NCBI GenBank assembly: GCA_036155675.1
Contig: JAYZVL010000041.1
Span: 1,961 to 65,960 of the forward strand
Direction: 5' to 3'
From: Pseudomonadota bacterium
GTDB lineage: Bacteria > Pseudomonadota > Gammaproteobacteria > Steroidobacterales > GCA-2729495
Length of the DNA: 64,000 nucleotides
Part shown: positions 19,275 through 30,173 of the stretch, in pieces
Layout of the letters: each line of letters opens with the position of its first letter
Numbering within the stretch: the first letter of the stretch is position 1
Program-made: the position numbers and the translations under genes
The notes under the pieces: model-generated
The model's database searches: none
Seen by the model: the letters and a program-made list of their open reading frames with translations, nothing else
What the model was told of the DNA's origin: nothing

Positions 19275-20782
19275 TCTCAGAGTTGCCAAGTGGATTTAAC
19301 AATCTGCGAAGTTTATTTGCAGATGTAAAGTGTAAAAGCAATATTCCTGATTTGGCAGTTACTGATATAAGTTCTAATAGCCATAACATTTTACCTGGCG
19401 GATTATTTCTTGCTTGCGCCGGGAAGCGCAAGCATGGACTTGAATATATTGATCAGGCTATCGCTTCTAATGTAGCGGCTATCGCATGGGAACCTTCATG
19501 TGACTATCAATCCCCTAATTTGCCTGAAAATATTATTAGTTTAGAAGTCCAGAATTTAAGTGGTTATATAGGTCAAATAGCAGACCATTATTTTGGTAAC
19601 CCCTCTAATCATTTATCTGTAACAGGTGTTACAGGCACGAATGGAAAAACTACGGTTGCTAGATTGGCAAGCACAGCATTATCAACCTTAGGCTCTAATT
19701 CGGGCTATATGGGGACGATTGGTTATGGCATTGGAAACAAAATCAAATCTAGCGAATTGACAACGCCAGGCTGTATTTTGGTGCATAAACGTCTTCGGTA
19801 TTTAGCTGATTTAGGAGCCACAAGTGTAGTAATGGAAGTTTCTTCTCATGGTTTGGATCAGGGGCGAATAGATGGAGTAAAAATAAAAACTGCTGCCTTA
19901 ACAAATTTAACTCGTGATCATCTTGATTATCACTCTAGTTTTTCTGAATATGCCGAGGCTAAAGCAAAATTATTTTCTCACTCAGAGATGGAGACAGCTG
20001 TAGTCAATATGGGGGATAGTTTTGGTGCTGATTTAGTTCGAAGAAACATTACTGCAAAGAGAATTATTAGTGTTGCGGTTGAGGGCTCAGGGATCCATGC
20101 GAATCAAGTTGATTTATTTGCTCAGCTTTTGAAGGTGGATAAAAAAGGATTGGAAGTTCGATTAAGTGGTTCGTTTGGAACCTCAGAATTTTTCAGTCCA
20201 ATTTGGGGTAAATTTAATCTTGAGAATTTATCAATTGTTACAGGTATTTTGCTAGCCCATGGTTTTTCCTTAGAAGAATCTACCGCAGTGCTTTCAAAAT
20301 TAAAACTTCCTGAGGGCCGGATGCAGGTTTTGAGGCCTAAAATTGGTCCTACAGTTGTTGTGGATTTTGCACATACTCCTGCAGCTCTGAAAAATGTGAT
20401 AGAGGCTCTACGTGACTATTCTTGGGGAAACATTATCTGTGTTTTTGGATGTGGTGGAGAACGTGACAAAGGAAAAAGAAGTCTTATGGGGGCGGCAGCT
20501 TTCAGATACGCTGACAAAGTTATCATAACTGATGATAATCCTCGTCATGAAGATTCAGAATTAATTTTTAAAGATATCCTCTCGGGTGTGTCAGATTCAA
20601 AATCAATAGTTGTAATAAAAGATCGTGCTGTTGCGATACAAACAGCTATAAATTCAGCTTCCAGTAAAGATGTAATTTTGATTGCTGGGAAAGGCAGTGA
20701 GGATTATCAGATTATTAGGGATAAGCGCATTAATTTTTCTGATCTAGGTTTAGCCGCTTCTTTTTTGGAGATTCCACATTGA
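19271..20782 (+). CDS. murE: UDP-N-acetylmuramoyl-L-alanyl-D-glutamate--2,6-diaminopimelate ligase MurE
   Basis: Mur ligase P-loop GVTGTNGKTT, TNLTRDHLDYH, DNPR motif (DDNPRHED). Confidence 0.95.
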   Translation: MISELPSGFNNLRSLFADVKCKSNIPDLAVTDISSNSHNILPGGLFLACAGKRKHGLEYIDQAIASNVAAIAWEPSCDYQSPNLPENIISLEVQNLSGYIGQIADHYFGNPSNHLSVTGVTGTNGKTTVARLASTALSTLGSNSGYMGTIGYGIGNKIKSSELTTPGCILVHKRLRYLADLGATSVVMEVSSHGLDQGRIDGVKIKTAALTNLTRDHLDYHSSFSEYAEAKAKLFSHSEMETAVVNMGDSFGADLVRRNITAKRIISVAVEGSGIHANQVDLFAQLLKVDKKGLEVRLSGSFGTSEFFSPIWGKFNLENLSIVTGILLAHGFSLEESTAVLSKLKLPEGRMQVLRPKIGPTVVVDFAHTPAALKNVIEALRDYSWGNIICVFGCGGERDKGKRSLMGAAAFRYADKVIITDDNPRHEDSELIFKDILSGVSDSKSIVVIKDRAVAIQTAINSASSKDVILIAGKGSEDYQIIRDKRINFSDLGLAASFLEIPH

Positions 20783-22155
20783 ATATGGGAACTCTATCTC
20801 AGGTCGCAAAAGATACTGGTGGTCGATTATATGGCAAGGACCAGAATTATTTAGCTGTTAGTACTGACACCCGAACGATAAATCCTGGCGATTTATTTCT
20901 TGCTTTATCAGGGGAAAAATATGATGCAAATAATTTTATTTCAGATGCATTAGACCGTGGTGCAGTTGGAGCAATTGTTCAAAAAAAATTACCCATCGCC
21001 ATATCTCAGGTTCAAGTTTCCGATTCGCGAAAAGCCCTACATAAATTGGCCCAGGTTTGGCGAAAACACTTTTCTATACCATTGATTGGTATTACTGGCA
21101 GCAATGGAAAAACCACCATTAAGGAATTATCCGCAGCAATATTAAGGGTTAGCATAAATAAGGGAAGAGTGCTTGCAACAATAGATAATCAAAATAATGA
21201 AATTGGTTTACCTCTAACAATTTTAAATCTTTGTCGCGATCATCAAGCTGCAGTTATTGAGATGGGAGCAAGCCAAATAGGAGATATAAAGATTTTGGCT
21301 GGAATTGCTTTACCCAATATAGCTGTGATTAGTAACGCCGCTAGAGCTCATTTACTTGGATTTGGAGGAATTGATGAAGTAGCAGCTACGAAAGGAGAAA
21401 TTCTTGATTCTATTGGCCATGAAGACACCGCAATACTTAATCAAGATGATCCGTTTTTCTCTAAATGGTTTGAAAGAGCTGGGCCAGCAAAAGTTATTAC
21501 TTTTGGCGCTAACGCAGATGCAGATTTTTATCCAAGAAAGATTCGTAATATAGAGATTGATGGCCACATTGGATTTGAATTCGAGCTTGTCACCCCATTA
21601 GGCAGTGAATTTATCGAGTTACCTCTTGCTGGAAAGCATAATGTTTCAAATGCTATTGCGGCTAGTGCTGCTGCTGTTGCTGCCGGAGCCAATTTAGCTG
21701 CTATTAGGTCAGGTTTGTTAAGTTCACGAAATATTCAAGGACGTTTACGCGCTATTCCTCTTAAAGATAATACTGTTATTTATGATGATAGCTACAACGC
21801 AAACCCAGATTCCGTTTCTGCAGCTATAAGTTTTCTCGCTTCTTTGCAAGGAGAAGCTATTTTAGTTTTAGGCGATATGGGGGAGCTTGGCTCTAATGCT
21901 GAGAAACTTCATTTTGATATAGGTAGATTCGCAAGAAAATCAGGTATTAAAAGGCTGCTCTGTATAGGTCAACTTAGTCAATCAATTGCGAGAGGTTTTG
22001 GTGAAAGTGCCCAATGGTTTTTAAGTTTAGATGAGCTTTATGCCGCAGTATCGATTGAATTGAGCTCAGGATGTAACATTTTAATAAAGGCTTCTAGATT
22101 TATGGGTTTAGACGAGCTAGTGAACCGGATTAAGCTAGAGGCAGGTAAAGAATAA
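20779..22155 (+). CDS. murF: UDP-N-acetylmuramoyl-tripeptide--D-alanyl-D-alanine ligase MurF
   Basis: [20 protein letters not shown]. Follows murE. TTG at 20779 or ATG at 20785. Confidence 0.9.
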   Translation: MNMGTLSQVAKDTGGRLYGKDQNYLAVSTDTRTINPGDLFLALSGEKYDANNFISDALDRGAVGAIVQKKLPIAISQVQVSDSRKALHKLAQVWRKHFSIPLIGITGSNGKTTIKELSAAILRVSINKGRVLATIDNQNNEIGLPLTILNLCRDHQAAVIEMGASQIGDIKILAGIALPNIAVISNAARAHLLGFGGIDEVAATKGEILDSIGHEDTAILNQDDPFFSKWFERAGPAKVITFGANADADFYPRKIRNIEIDGHIGFEFELVTPLGSEFIELPLAGKHNVSNAIAASAAAVAAGANLAAIRSGLLSSRNIQGRLRAIPLKDNTVIYDDSYNANPDSVSAAISFLASLQGEAILVLGDMGELGSNAEKLHFDIGRFARKSGIKRLLCIGQLSQSIARGFGESAQWFLSLDELYAAVSIELSSGCNILIKASRFMGLDELVNRIKLEAGKE

Positions 22156-23243
22156 TGCTCCTATTTTTGACTGATTATCTTAGTGAAATTTATTCGGGCT
22201 TCAATGTTTTTAGTTACATTACCACGCGCGCGATCATGAGTGCGCTTACAGCATTGTTAATATCTTTTTTACTTGGACCATTGATTATTAAACGCTTAAT
22301 TAATAAACAGATTGGGCAATTAATACGTAAAGATGGCCCTGAAAGTCATTTTCCGAAAGAGGGAACGCCAACAATGGGCGGCGCATTAATTTTGCTTGCG
22401 ATCTTAACAAGTACAATTTTATGGGGTGATCTTAGTAGCCGATATATTTGGGTAGCTTTAGGGGTGACTTTTTCATTTGGCATTATTGGTTGGGTGGATG
22501 ATTATCGTAAACTAGTTCTTCAGGACACTCAGGGTTTAAAGGCAAAATGGAAGTTTTTTTCCCAAACTATAACTGCCATTCTAGCTTCTGTAATATTATT
22601 TAATATTGCGGATCCGAATCACCCCGCTGAAACTTCATTACTCATTCCTTATTTTAAAGATCTTGCTATTCCATTAGGAGGGATGTATCTGATTTTTACT
22701 TACTTGGTGATAGTAGGTACTAGTAATGCAGTTAATTTAACTGATGGACTTGATGGCTTAGCAATAATGCCCTCAGTATTAGTTGGCGGAGCCCTAGGGA
22801 TTTTTTCCTATGTAGCAGGGAACATTATTTTTGCTGAATACCTTGGTGTGCCATATGTTGAAGGTGCCGGCGAAATGATGGTTTTTTGTGCAGCCTTGTC
22901 AGGTGCCGGGCTCGGGTTTTTATGGTTTAACACCTACCCTGCCCAAGTTTTTATGGGAGATACTGGCGCACTTGCTTTAGGCGCAGCGCTTGGAACAGTT
23001 GCAGTAATCGTTCGTCAGGAACTGATTTTATTTGTTATGGGTGGTTTATTTGTTATTGAAACTGTTTCAGTAATGATTCAGGTAATTTCTTTCAAGCTGA
23101 CAGGCAAGAGAGTTTTTAGGATGGCGCCTCTCCATCATCACTATGAGTTAAAAGGATGGGCTGAACCGAAAATTATTGTCAGGTTTTGGATTATTACAGT
23201 AGTCCTTGTATTAATTGGGCTTGCAAGCTTAAAGATTCGCTAG
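22155..23243 (+). CDS. mraY: phospho-N-acetylmuramoyl-pentapeptide transferase MraY
   Basis: [44 protein letters not shown]. Confidence 0.95.
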   Translation: MLLFLTDYLSEIYSGFNVFSYITTRAIMSALTALLISFLLGPLIIKRLINKQIGQLIRKDGPESHFPKEGTPTMGGALILLAILTSTILWGDLSSRYIWVALGVTFSFGIIGWVDDYRKLVLQDTQGLKAKWKFFSQTITAILASVILFNIADPNHPAETSLLIPYFKDLAIPLGGMYLIFTYLVIVGTSNAVNLTDGLDGLAIMPSVLVGGALGIFSYVAGNIIFAEYLGVPYVEGAGEMMVFCAALSGAGLGFLWFNTYPAQVFMGDTGALALGAALGTVAVIVRQELILFVMGGLFVIETVSVMIQVISFKLTGKRVFRMAPLHHHYELKGWAEPKIIVRFWIITVVLVLIGLASLKIR

Positions 23244-23252
23244 ACGAAATTA

Positions 23253-24590
23253 ATGAATACCTTAATCGAAAATAATAAATTGTTAAAAAAAAATAAAGCA
23301 TTGGTTTTAGGTATGGGGGCAACCGGTATTTCGATTGCTAAGTGGTTGGCAGAGAATAAACGGACTGCAGATTTTTTTGATACAAGAAAGAAACCGCCTG
23401 GATTATTAATTATTAAGAAATTAATACCTAAAGCAGAAATATTTTGTGGCGAAATGCCTATTTGTATTCTCGACAATGTAGTTGAGATTTTAATCTCACC
23501 AGGTTTCGAAATGAATCTCACTATCCTGAAAGATGCTCGAAGAAAAAATATACCTATACGTAGTGATATCGATCTATTTATGAATACTTGCAAAGGTAAA
23601 GTGATAGGGATCACAGGTTCTAACGGCAAGAGTACAGTAACTTCATTAGTTTCGAATATGTTAAATGTGTTAGGTATTAAAGCTGTCGCTGGTGGAAATC
23701 TTGGTACTCCGGCACTGGATCTCTTGCATAAAGATGCTGAAGTATTTGTGCTTGAATTATCCAGTTTCCATTTAGAACGCAGTAAATATTTAGAACTTCA
23801 TGCCGCGGCTTTATTAAATCTATCCCCAGATCATCTTGATCGTCATACTAGCTTTAAAAATTATGAAAAAGCTAAACAGCGAATATACAAACGTTGCGGC
23901 ACAGCAGTTGTAAATAGAAATGAAGTTCTTCCTCAGCCCAATCAAATCAGTTTTGGCACTGACATTCCTGACCATAATGATTGGGGATTAGTTGAGCTTG
24001 TTAATGAAGAATGGATTGCTTGCGGTAAAAAACCTGTTATGCCAATAAAAGATTTAAAACTTGTTGGTCGTCATAATCTTTTAAATGTACTTGCTGCATT
24101 TGCAATTGCCTCTACTCTTGATTTACCTCTAGAAGGACTAATAAAAGCTGCCAGAGATTTTAGTGGGTTACCTCATAGAATGAATCTAGTGCCGAGTGAA
24201 GATGGCATTTTATGGATTAATGATTCAAAGGCTACAAATGCTGCCGCAGCCCTTGCGAGTATAGTGTCTACAGAGGGCAAGCTGATTTTAATTGCTGGTG
24301 GAGATGCTAAGGGCGCTGACTTAGGAATATTATCTCAAGAGCTTTCTAAGAGGAATGTGACAATCATTGCAATTGGTAAAGATCGTCAAATGTTTGTAGA
24401 CGGTTTTACTAGATTTTGTAAAGTAAAGATTGCGGATGATCTTGAGCAAGCAGTCAATATGGCATCGAATATAGCAAATTCTGGCGACACGGTTTTATTA
24501 GCTCCTGCATGTAGTAGTTTGGATATGTTTTCGAGTTATGCAGAACGCGGACAAAGATTTAGTCATGCGATTCATAGGCTTCAGACATGA
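23253..24590 (+). CDS. murD: UDP-N-acetylmuramoylalanine--D-glutamate ligase MurD
   Basis: [29 protein letters not shown]. Confidence 0.9.
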   Translation: MNTLIENNKLLKKNKALVLGMGATGISIAKWLAENKRTADFFDTRKKPPGLLIIKKLIPKAEIFCGEMPICILDNVVEILISPGFEMNLTILKDARRKNIPIRSDIDLFMNTCKGKVIGITGSNGKSTVTSLVSNMLNVLGIKAVAGGNLGTPALDLLHKDAEVFVLELSSFHLERSKYLELHAAALLNLSPDHLDRHTSFKNYEKAKQRIYKRCGTAVVNRNEVLPQPNQISFGTDIPDHNDWGLVELVNEEWIACGKKPVMPIKDLKLVGRHNLLNVLAAFAIASTLDLPLEGLIKAARDFSGLPHRMNLVPSEDGILWINDSKATNAAAALASIVSTEGKLILIAGGDAKGADLGILSQELSKRNVTIIAIGKDRQMFVDGFTRFCKVKIADDLEQAVNMASNIANSGDTVLLAPACSSLDMFSSYAERGQRFSHAIHRLQT

Positions 24591-25762
24591 ATAGCTTGAT
24601 ATATCTTAAAAATTCTGTTGATCGTAGCCTTTTAGTATTGATTATAGTTCTAATGAGCTTAGGACTAGTAATGCTAACTTCTGCATCTATAGCTGTTGCA
24701 GATCAAACATTTGGTGAGCCATTTTATTATTTATTCAAACAATTGACTGCTGTGATTATTGGCCTTGTTTTGGGTGTCGCTGTTTTGATGATTTCCACAG
24801 AAATTTGGTTCCGTTTCTCTTCAATCTTTATATTTTTTGCGCTTGTTTCACTAGTGCTTGTGCTTATTCCAGGTATAGGTAGAGAAGTTAATGGGGCGAT
24901 GCGTTGGATTAGTATTGCCGGAATAAATTTTCAAGTATCTGAAGCAGCAAGGCTTGCTATGCTCATGTATCTCTCCGGTTATATGGTTAGGCATCGAGAA
25001 TCTATCATAGAAAGTTTTGCAGGATTTTTAAGGCCAATGCTTCTGGTTTTTATGATTTCTGTACTTTTGCTTGCCGAACCAGATTTTGGTGCTCTTTTCA
25101 TAATAGTGCTAATTGCTATGTCGCTATTGTTTCTAGTCGGCGCAAAATTTAAGCACTTTATTTTCCTATCCGCGGTATTGTCTGGGCTAATGGCTGTGGC
25201 AATTATTTCTGCACCTTATCGATTACAGAGATTGCTTGGCTATCAAAACCCATGGGATGATCCTTTTGGTAGTGGTTTTCAGCTTACTCAATCATTAATT
25301 GCAATTGGAAGCGGGAAATGGTTTGGCGTTGGCCTTGGAAACAGCGTACAAAAGCTTTTTTATTTGCCAGAAGCCCATACAGATTTTGTTTTTGCTGTTT
25401 TTGCTGAAGAATTTGGCCTAGTTGGAACGTTAATACTAATTTTCTTATTTAGTTGTTTGGTTTGGCGTGGTTTAAAAATATCTAATTCTGCAGCTGCTTT
25501 GGGACGTTATTACCAGGCCTATCTTGCATTTGGAATTGCTGTTTGGCAGGGAATGCAGGTATTTATTAATCTTGGAGTAAATATGGGGATGCTTCCTACT
25601 AAGGGATTAACTTTACCTTTAATTTCTTATGGAAGAAGCAGCTTGATTATTACATTACTCTCGCTTGCATTGTTATTGCGTATTGATATTGAAAATCGTG
25701 ATTCTCAGCTAAATAAAAAACCTCTTGAGAAAAAACAATTAGGAAGAGGGTTGAAAAGATGA
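24587..25762 (+). CDS. ftsW: SEDS-family peptidoglycan glycosyltransferase FtsW
   Basis: Polytopic 391 aa. FQVSEAARLAM, LPEAHTDFVFAV, GMLPTKGLTLPLISYG. Confidence 0.9.
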   Translation: MNSLIYLKNSVDRSLLVLIIVLMSLGLVMLTSASIAVADQTFGEPFYYLFKQLTAVIIGLVLGVAVLMISTEIWFRFSSIFIFFALVSLVLVLIPGIGREVNGAMRWISIAGINFQVSEAARLAMLMYLSGYMVRHRESIIESFAGFLRPMLLVFMISVLLLAEPDFGALFIIVLIAMSLLFLVGAKFKHFIFLSAVLSGLMAVAIISAPYRLQRLLGYQNPWDDPFGSGFQLTQSLIAIGSGKWFGVGLGNSVQKLFYLPEAHTDFVFAVFAEEFGLVGTLILIFLFSCLVWRGLKISNSAAALGRYYQAYLAFGIAVWQGMQVFINLGVNMGMLPTKGLTLPLISYGRSSLIITLLSLALLLRIDIENRDSQLNKKPLEKKQLGRGLKR

Positions 25763-26850
25763 CTGGTTCTCCTATATTAATAATGGCAGGCGGGACCGGT
25801 GGCCATGTTTTTCCAGCACTTGTAGTGGCAGAAGCGCTTCTTAAGCTTGATCGGAAAGTAGTTTGGCTAGGAACCTCTAAAGGGATTGAAAATCAATTGG
25901 TTCCAAGATTAGGTATTCAGCTTGAAAGAATCCGAATAACTGGCCTTAGGCGCAAGGGTATTCTAAATTGGCTTACTTCCCCAGTGAAAATTCTATTTGC
26001 TGTATTTGACGCGCTGCTTGTTTTAATTCGATGTCGTCCTTCAGTAGTTATTGGTATGGGTGGATTCGCTTCAGGTCCTGGCGGATTTGTAGCTTGGTTA
26101 TTAAGATACCCATTAATTATTCATGAACAGAATGCTGCTGCAGGCCTTACCAATAGGATGCTAGCTGGTTTTTCCCGCGATGTACTGCAAGCTTTCCCAG
26201 GAAGTTTTTCTGGCGTAGAAGCCCAAACTGTGGGTAATCCTGTGAGGGCGAAAATTCTTGCACTTAGCACTCCAGATGAGCGGTTTGAAGACAGAAAAAA
26301 CCAAGAAGAAACACTAAGAATTCTAGTGCTTGGCGGTAGTCAGGGAGCAAAAGCAATAAACCAAATTTTTCCAGATGCAGCTGAGATGCTCAGTAAGGAT
26401 AAAAAAGTAGAAATTTGGCATCAAACTGGAAGCAAAACTTATTTGGAAACCATTGCTCTTTATGCTCAAAAAAATATTGAAGCTAATGTTCATGAGTTTA
26501 TTGAGGATATGGCGGAAGCTTATGCTTGGGCAGATGTTGTAATTTCTCGTTCGGGGGCGATGACTGTTTCAGAGTTAACCGCTGTTGGCATTGGATCGCT
26601 ATTAATTCCTTATCCAGAATCAGTAGATGATCATCAAACTTTAAATGCAAAATTTCTTTGTGATGCTGGTGCAGCAGTTTTGATCCAGCAAAAAGATTTA
26701 ACGCCAGTGCGCCTTGCTAAAGAATTAAATCTTTGTACAAATGATCGAAATTTATTATTAGCGCGTGCAAATTGCGCCCGTAATCTTTCATTATCTGATG
26801 CTACAGATAAGGTTGTAGCTGCGTGCTTAGCCTTGGAGAAAATCAAATGA
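25759..26850 (+). CDS. murG: undecaprenyldiphospho-muramoylpentapeptide beta-N-acetylglucosaminyltransferase MurG
   Basis: MAGGTGGHVFPALVVA, GGSQGA, ISRSGAMTVSEL. Confidence 0.9.
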   Translation: MTGSPILIMAGGTGGHVFPALVVAEALLKLDRKVVWLGTSKGIENQLVPRLGIQLERIRITGLRRKGILNWLTSPVKILFAVFDALLVLIRCRPSVVIGMGGFASGPGGFVAWLLRYPLIIHEQNAAAGLTNRMLAGFSRDVLQAFPGSFSGVEAQTVGNPVRAKILALSTPDERFEDRKNQEETLRILVLGGSQGAKAINQIFPDAAEMLSKDKKVEIWHQTGSKTYLETIALYAQKNIEANVHEFIEDMAEAYAWADVVISRSGAMTVSELTAVGIGSLLIPYPESVDDHQTLNAKFLCDAGAAVLIQQKDLTPVRLAKELNLCTNDRNLLLARANCARNLSLSDATDKVVAACLALEKIK

Positions 26851-28265
26851 AAGGCAGCATGCGTAAAATTAAAAATATACATCTTGTTGGCATTGGTGGT
26901 GTTGGAATGAGCGGAATCGCTGAAGTGCTCTTAAATTTAGGTTATGCCGTTCAAGGGTCCGATTTAGAAGAGTCTCAAGCTACAGACCGACTTATTAAGC
27001 AGGGAGCAAGGTTTTTTCTTGGACATAGTGCTGAAAATATTAAAGGCGCAGATGTAGTCGTTGTATCTACAGCAATTGATTCTGGGAACCCGGAGACAGA
27101 CGCAGCAAGAAATCAAAGAATTCCTGTTGTTAGAAGGGCTGAGATGCTTGCTGAATTAATGCGTTTTCGTTTTGGGATAGCAGTTGCAGGAACACATGGC
27201 AAGACCACAACAACAAGCTTAATTTCAAGTGTTCTAGCAGAAGCTGGTGAAGACCCTACTTTCCTTATTGGCGGACGATTATTGAGTGCTGATACAAATG
27301 CACGTATGGGTACAGGTAAATATTTGGTTGCTGAGGCTGATGAAAGTGATGCTTCTTTTACGCACTTACAGCCTATGCTTGCAGTGGTAACAAATATTGA
27401 TAATGATCACCTTGCAACTTATAACGGTGAATTGAAGTTATTAGAGAAAAGTTTCATTAGGTTTTTGCATAATCTTCCTTTCTATGGGCTAGTTGTTATT
27501 TGTATTGATGATCCAGGCGTGCGTAATATTTTACCTAAGATAAAGCGTGCAACTCTTACCTATGGCTTTAGTGAGGATGCGGATATTCGTCTTCTAGAAG
27601 TCAAAGCTCATGGAGCTTCTACTGAATTTAAGGTGATCAGACCAGGGTCAAAGAATTTATTAGAGCTAAAGCTTAATTTACCTGGCAGGCATAATGTTTT
27701 GAATGCTTTGGCAGCAGTTGCAGTAGCATTCGAACTAGAATTATCAGACAAGAATCTAATTAATGCATTTAAAAGTTTTGAAGGGATTGACCGACGTTTG
27801 CAAATAAATGGTGAAGTGCAAACTCGTGTAGGCAAAGTTTTATTTATAGATGACTATGCTCATCATCCAACTGAAATCGAAGCGACTTTAGAAGCAATTT
27901 ATGAAGCTTGGCCTAAGCGAAGACTTGTAGTTATTTTTCAGCCCCATCGCTATAGTCGTTCTCGTGATTTGATGGATGATTTTGCAGAAGTTCTCTCGGG
28001 CGTTGATCGACTTATTATTACCGAGGTTTATTCTGCAGGAGAGCAGTTGATTCATAATGCAGATGGAAGATCAATTTGTCGTGCAATTCGAAGTAGGGGG
28101 TTAGTAGAGCCTATCTTTGTTCCTAAATTTGAATCTCTCAATAATGATTTATTGAAAATATTAGAGGAAGGTGATGTTGTTCTCACTCTTGGCGCTGGCG
28201 ATATAGGTAGTCTCGCAAAAAAACTTCCTTACGAATTGCAAACTCTAGCTTTGGTCAATCGTTAA
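26847..28265 (+). CDS. murC: UDP-N-acetylmuramate--L-alanine ligase MurC
   Basis: IHLVGIGGVGMSGIAEVL, AGTHGKTTTT, DDYAHHPTEI. ATG at 26847 overlaps the murG TGA; the track start 26823 is probably too early. Confidence 0.9.
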   Translation: MKGSMRKIKNIHLVGIGGVGMSGIAEVLLNLGYAVQGSDLEESQATDRLIKQGARFFLGHSAENIKGADVVVVSTAIDSGNPETDAARNQRIPVVRRAEMLAELMRFRFGIAVAGTHGKTTTTSLISSVLAEAGEDPTFLIGGRLLSADTNARMGTGKYLVAEADESDASFTHLQPMLAVVTNIDNDHLATYNGELKLLEKSFIRFLHNLPFYGLVVICIDDPGVRNILPKIKRATLTYGFSEDADIRLLEVKAHGASTEFKVIRPGSKNLLELKLNLPGRHNVLNALAAVAVAFELELSDKNLINAFKSFEGIDRRLQINGEVQTRVGKVLFIDDYAHHPTEIEATLEAIYEAWPKRRLVVIFQPHRYSRSRDLMDDFAEVLSGVDRLIITEVYSAGEQLIHNADGRSICRAIRSRGLVEPIFVPKFESLNNDLLKILEEGDVVLTLGAGDIGSLAKKLPYELQTLALVNR

Positions 28266-29164
28266 TGAAAATTAATGGAGAGAAAGAATTTGCTAGTCGG
28301 ATTAGTTATAACGTGCCAATGAGTAAACATACTTCGTGGCGCGTTGGTGGTAAAGCTGAAATTTTATTCCGTCCGGCAAGCAGAAATGAACTTTTAAGTT
28401 TTATGCAAAGAATAGGCCCAGAAATTCCTATTTATATGATTGGTTTAGGCAGTAACCTGCTTATACGAGATGGTGGAGTTCAAGGTATTGTAATTGCTGT
28501 CCAAGATGCTCTTAAAGCAATAAAATTTGAACAGAAAGGTTATGTTACAGCAGAAGCCGGCGTTGCTTGTAATGTCCTTGCTCGCAATTGTGTCCGAAGA
28601 ATATTAGGCCCCGCAGAGTTTTTTGCTGGTATTCCTGGAACTGTTGGTGGTGCATTAGCTATGAACGCTGGTGCTTTTGGGACGGAAACTTGGGATATTG
28701 TTGAATCTCTTGAAGTAGTTAATCGCATTGGAGTTGTGAGTGTGAGGAAGCCAAAAGAGTATTGTGTTTCTTATCGCCAAGTTGATATCCCTTTCCCTGA
28801 TGAATGGTTTCTGAGTGCACGTTTTGGTTTTCAGGAGAATTATGAAACTAGTATGGAAAAAATTAAGTCTTTGATAAATCAACGAAGAAAAAAACAGCCT
28901 TTAGGTTTACCAAGCTGTGGTTCTGTCTTTCGTAACCCCCCAAATGATTATGCTGCTAGATTGATTGAGGCTTCTGGGCTTAAGGGGACTTCAATTGGCG
29001 GTGCAACAATTTCAAAGAAGCATGCAAATTTTATAATTAATAATGGTTCTGCTACTGCTAGTGATATAGAAGAGCTTATTCAGCTTGTTGAGTTAGAAGT
29101 CGCAGCCAAGCATAAAATTAAATTACAACCCGAAGTGCATATTATTGGCGAGGCTGCTAACTAA
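28265..29164 (+). CDS. murB: UDP-N-acetylenolpyruvoylglucosamine reductase MurB
   Basis: FAD-binding PCMH type: MSKHTSWRVGGKAE, IGLGSNLL, CGSVFRNP, HANFIIN. Confidence 0.9.
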   Translation: MKINGEKEFASRISYNVPMSKHTSWRVGGKAEILFRPASRNELLSFMQRIGPEIPIYMIGLGSNLLIRDGGVQGIVIAVQDALKAIKFEQKGYVTAEAGVACNVLARNCVRRILGPAEFFAGIPGTVGGALAMNAGAFGTETWDIVESLEVVNRIGVVSVRKPKEYCVSYRQVDIPFPDEWFLSARFGFQENYETSMEKIKSLINQRRKKQPLGLPSCGSVFRNPPNDYAARLIEASGLKGTSIGGATISKKHANFIINNGSATASDIEELIQLVELEVAAKHKIKLQPEVHIIGEAAN

Positions 29165-29165
29165 T

Positions 29166-30173
29166 ATGGTAACCATTAACTATAGATCAATTGAAGACCC
29201 AACTGATTTTGGTCGAGTTGCTGTATTGATGGGTGGCGTGTCAACAGAAAAGGATATTTCAATCCTTTCAGGAAATGCAATCCTTGAAGCATTGCGCAGC
29301 AAAGATATTGATGCGCATGCTTTAGATATTAATGTAGGTATTTACGAGAAATTGAATTCTGGAAATTATGATCGAGTATTTAATATATTGCATGGTGCAG
29401 GAGGTGAGGATGGAACTATTCAAGGCCTTTTAGAAATACTCGGTTTGCCTTATACAGGAAGTGGAGTAGCAGCATCCGCATTAACTATGGATAAGTTAAA
29501 AACTAAGCAGTTGATGAAAGGTTTAGATATTCTTACCCCAGAATGGTGGGTTATAGAGTCTGAACAATGTTGTAATGAGCTTTTGAGCGAAATAGATTAC
29601 CCCTTAATTATTAAGCCTGCATCGCAAGGTTCCAGCATTGGTATGGAAAGCGTTCAAGAAGCACCGCAATTGTTAAATGCATGGAAGAAAGCAGCTATTT
29701 ACGGTAATGCAGTTATTGCGGAAAGATATATAGAAGGCCAAGAATTTACTGCTTCAATTTTACAGGATAAAACTTTACCTTTAGTTCGCATAGAAACAGA
29801 TAAAAGTTTTTACAATTATGAAGCTAAGTACATCAGTAATAAAACGAAATATATTTGCCCTACTGGCCTTTCTGAAGATGCTGAGCATGAGTACTCTGAG
29901 TTAGCATTAAAGGTTTGGGATCATGTTGGTGGTCAGGGTTGGGGAAGAATTGATTTTATAGTTGAAGAAAAGACTAATTTACCAATGATTCTAGAAGTCA
30001 ACACTGTGCCAGGGATGACTAGCCATAGTTTAGTTCCAATGGCCGCAGCAGAAGCTGGAATAGATTTCGCGACATTATCTTGGCAAATATTAGAAACAAG
30101 CTTTGAGCCTGATAAATACTCTCTACCTATTTCAAAGAATTTTAATCTAGAAGGTAAAGGTTATGTATCGTAA
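29166..30173 (+). CDS. ddl: D-alanine--D-alanine ligase
   Basis: VAVLMGGVSTEKDISILSG, HGAGGEDGTIQGLLE, ATP-grasp core, LEVNTVPGMT. ATG at 29166 preferred over the track start 29145, which overlaps murB. Confidence 0.9.
   Translation: MVTINYRSIEDPTDFGRVAVLMGGVSTEKDISILSGNAILEALRSKDIDAHALDINVGIYEKLNSGNYDRVFNILHGAGGEDGTIQGLLEILGLPYTGSGVAASALTMDKLKTKQLMKGLDILTPEWWVIESEQCCNELLSEIDYPLIIKPASQGSSIGMESVQEAPQLLNAWKKAAIYGNAVIAERYIEGQEFTASILQDKTLPLVRIETDKSFYNYEAKYISNKTKYICPTGLSEDAEHEYSELALKVWDHVGGQGWGRIDFIVEEKTNLPMILEVNTVPGMTSHSLVPMAAAEAGIDFATLSWQILETSFEPDKYSLPISKNFNLEGKGYVS

Noticed and set aside
23240-23629. Long antisense ORFs inside conserved genes: 129 aa in murD, 126 aa at 2040-2420 in kdsD, 124 aa at 14649-15023 in uppP, 119 aa at 36787-37146 in secA, 115 aa at 48663-49010 in clpB
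   Set aside because: Each lies opposite a confidently identified housekeeping gene, has low-complexity composition and has no start context. These are typical shadow ORFs.
28265-29164. murB located inside the dcw cluster between murC and ddl, unlike E. coli
   Set aside because: This is a known common arrangement in many proteobacteria and is not unusual.
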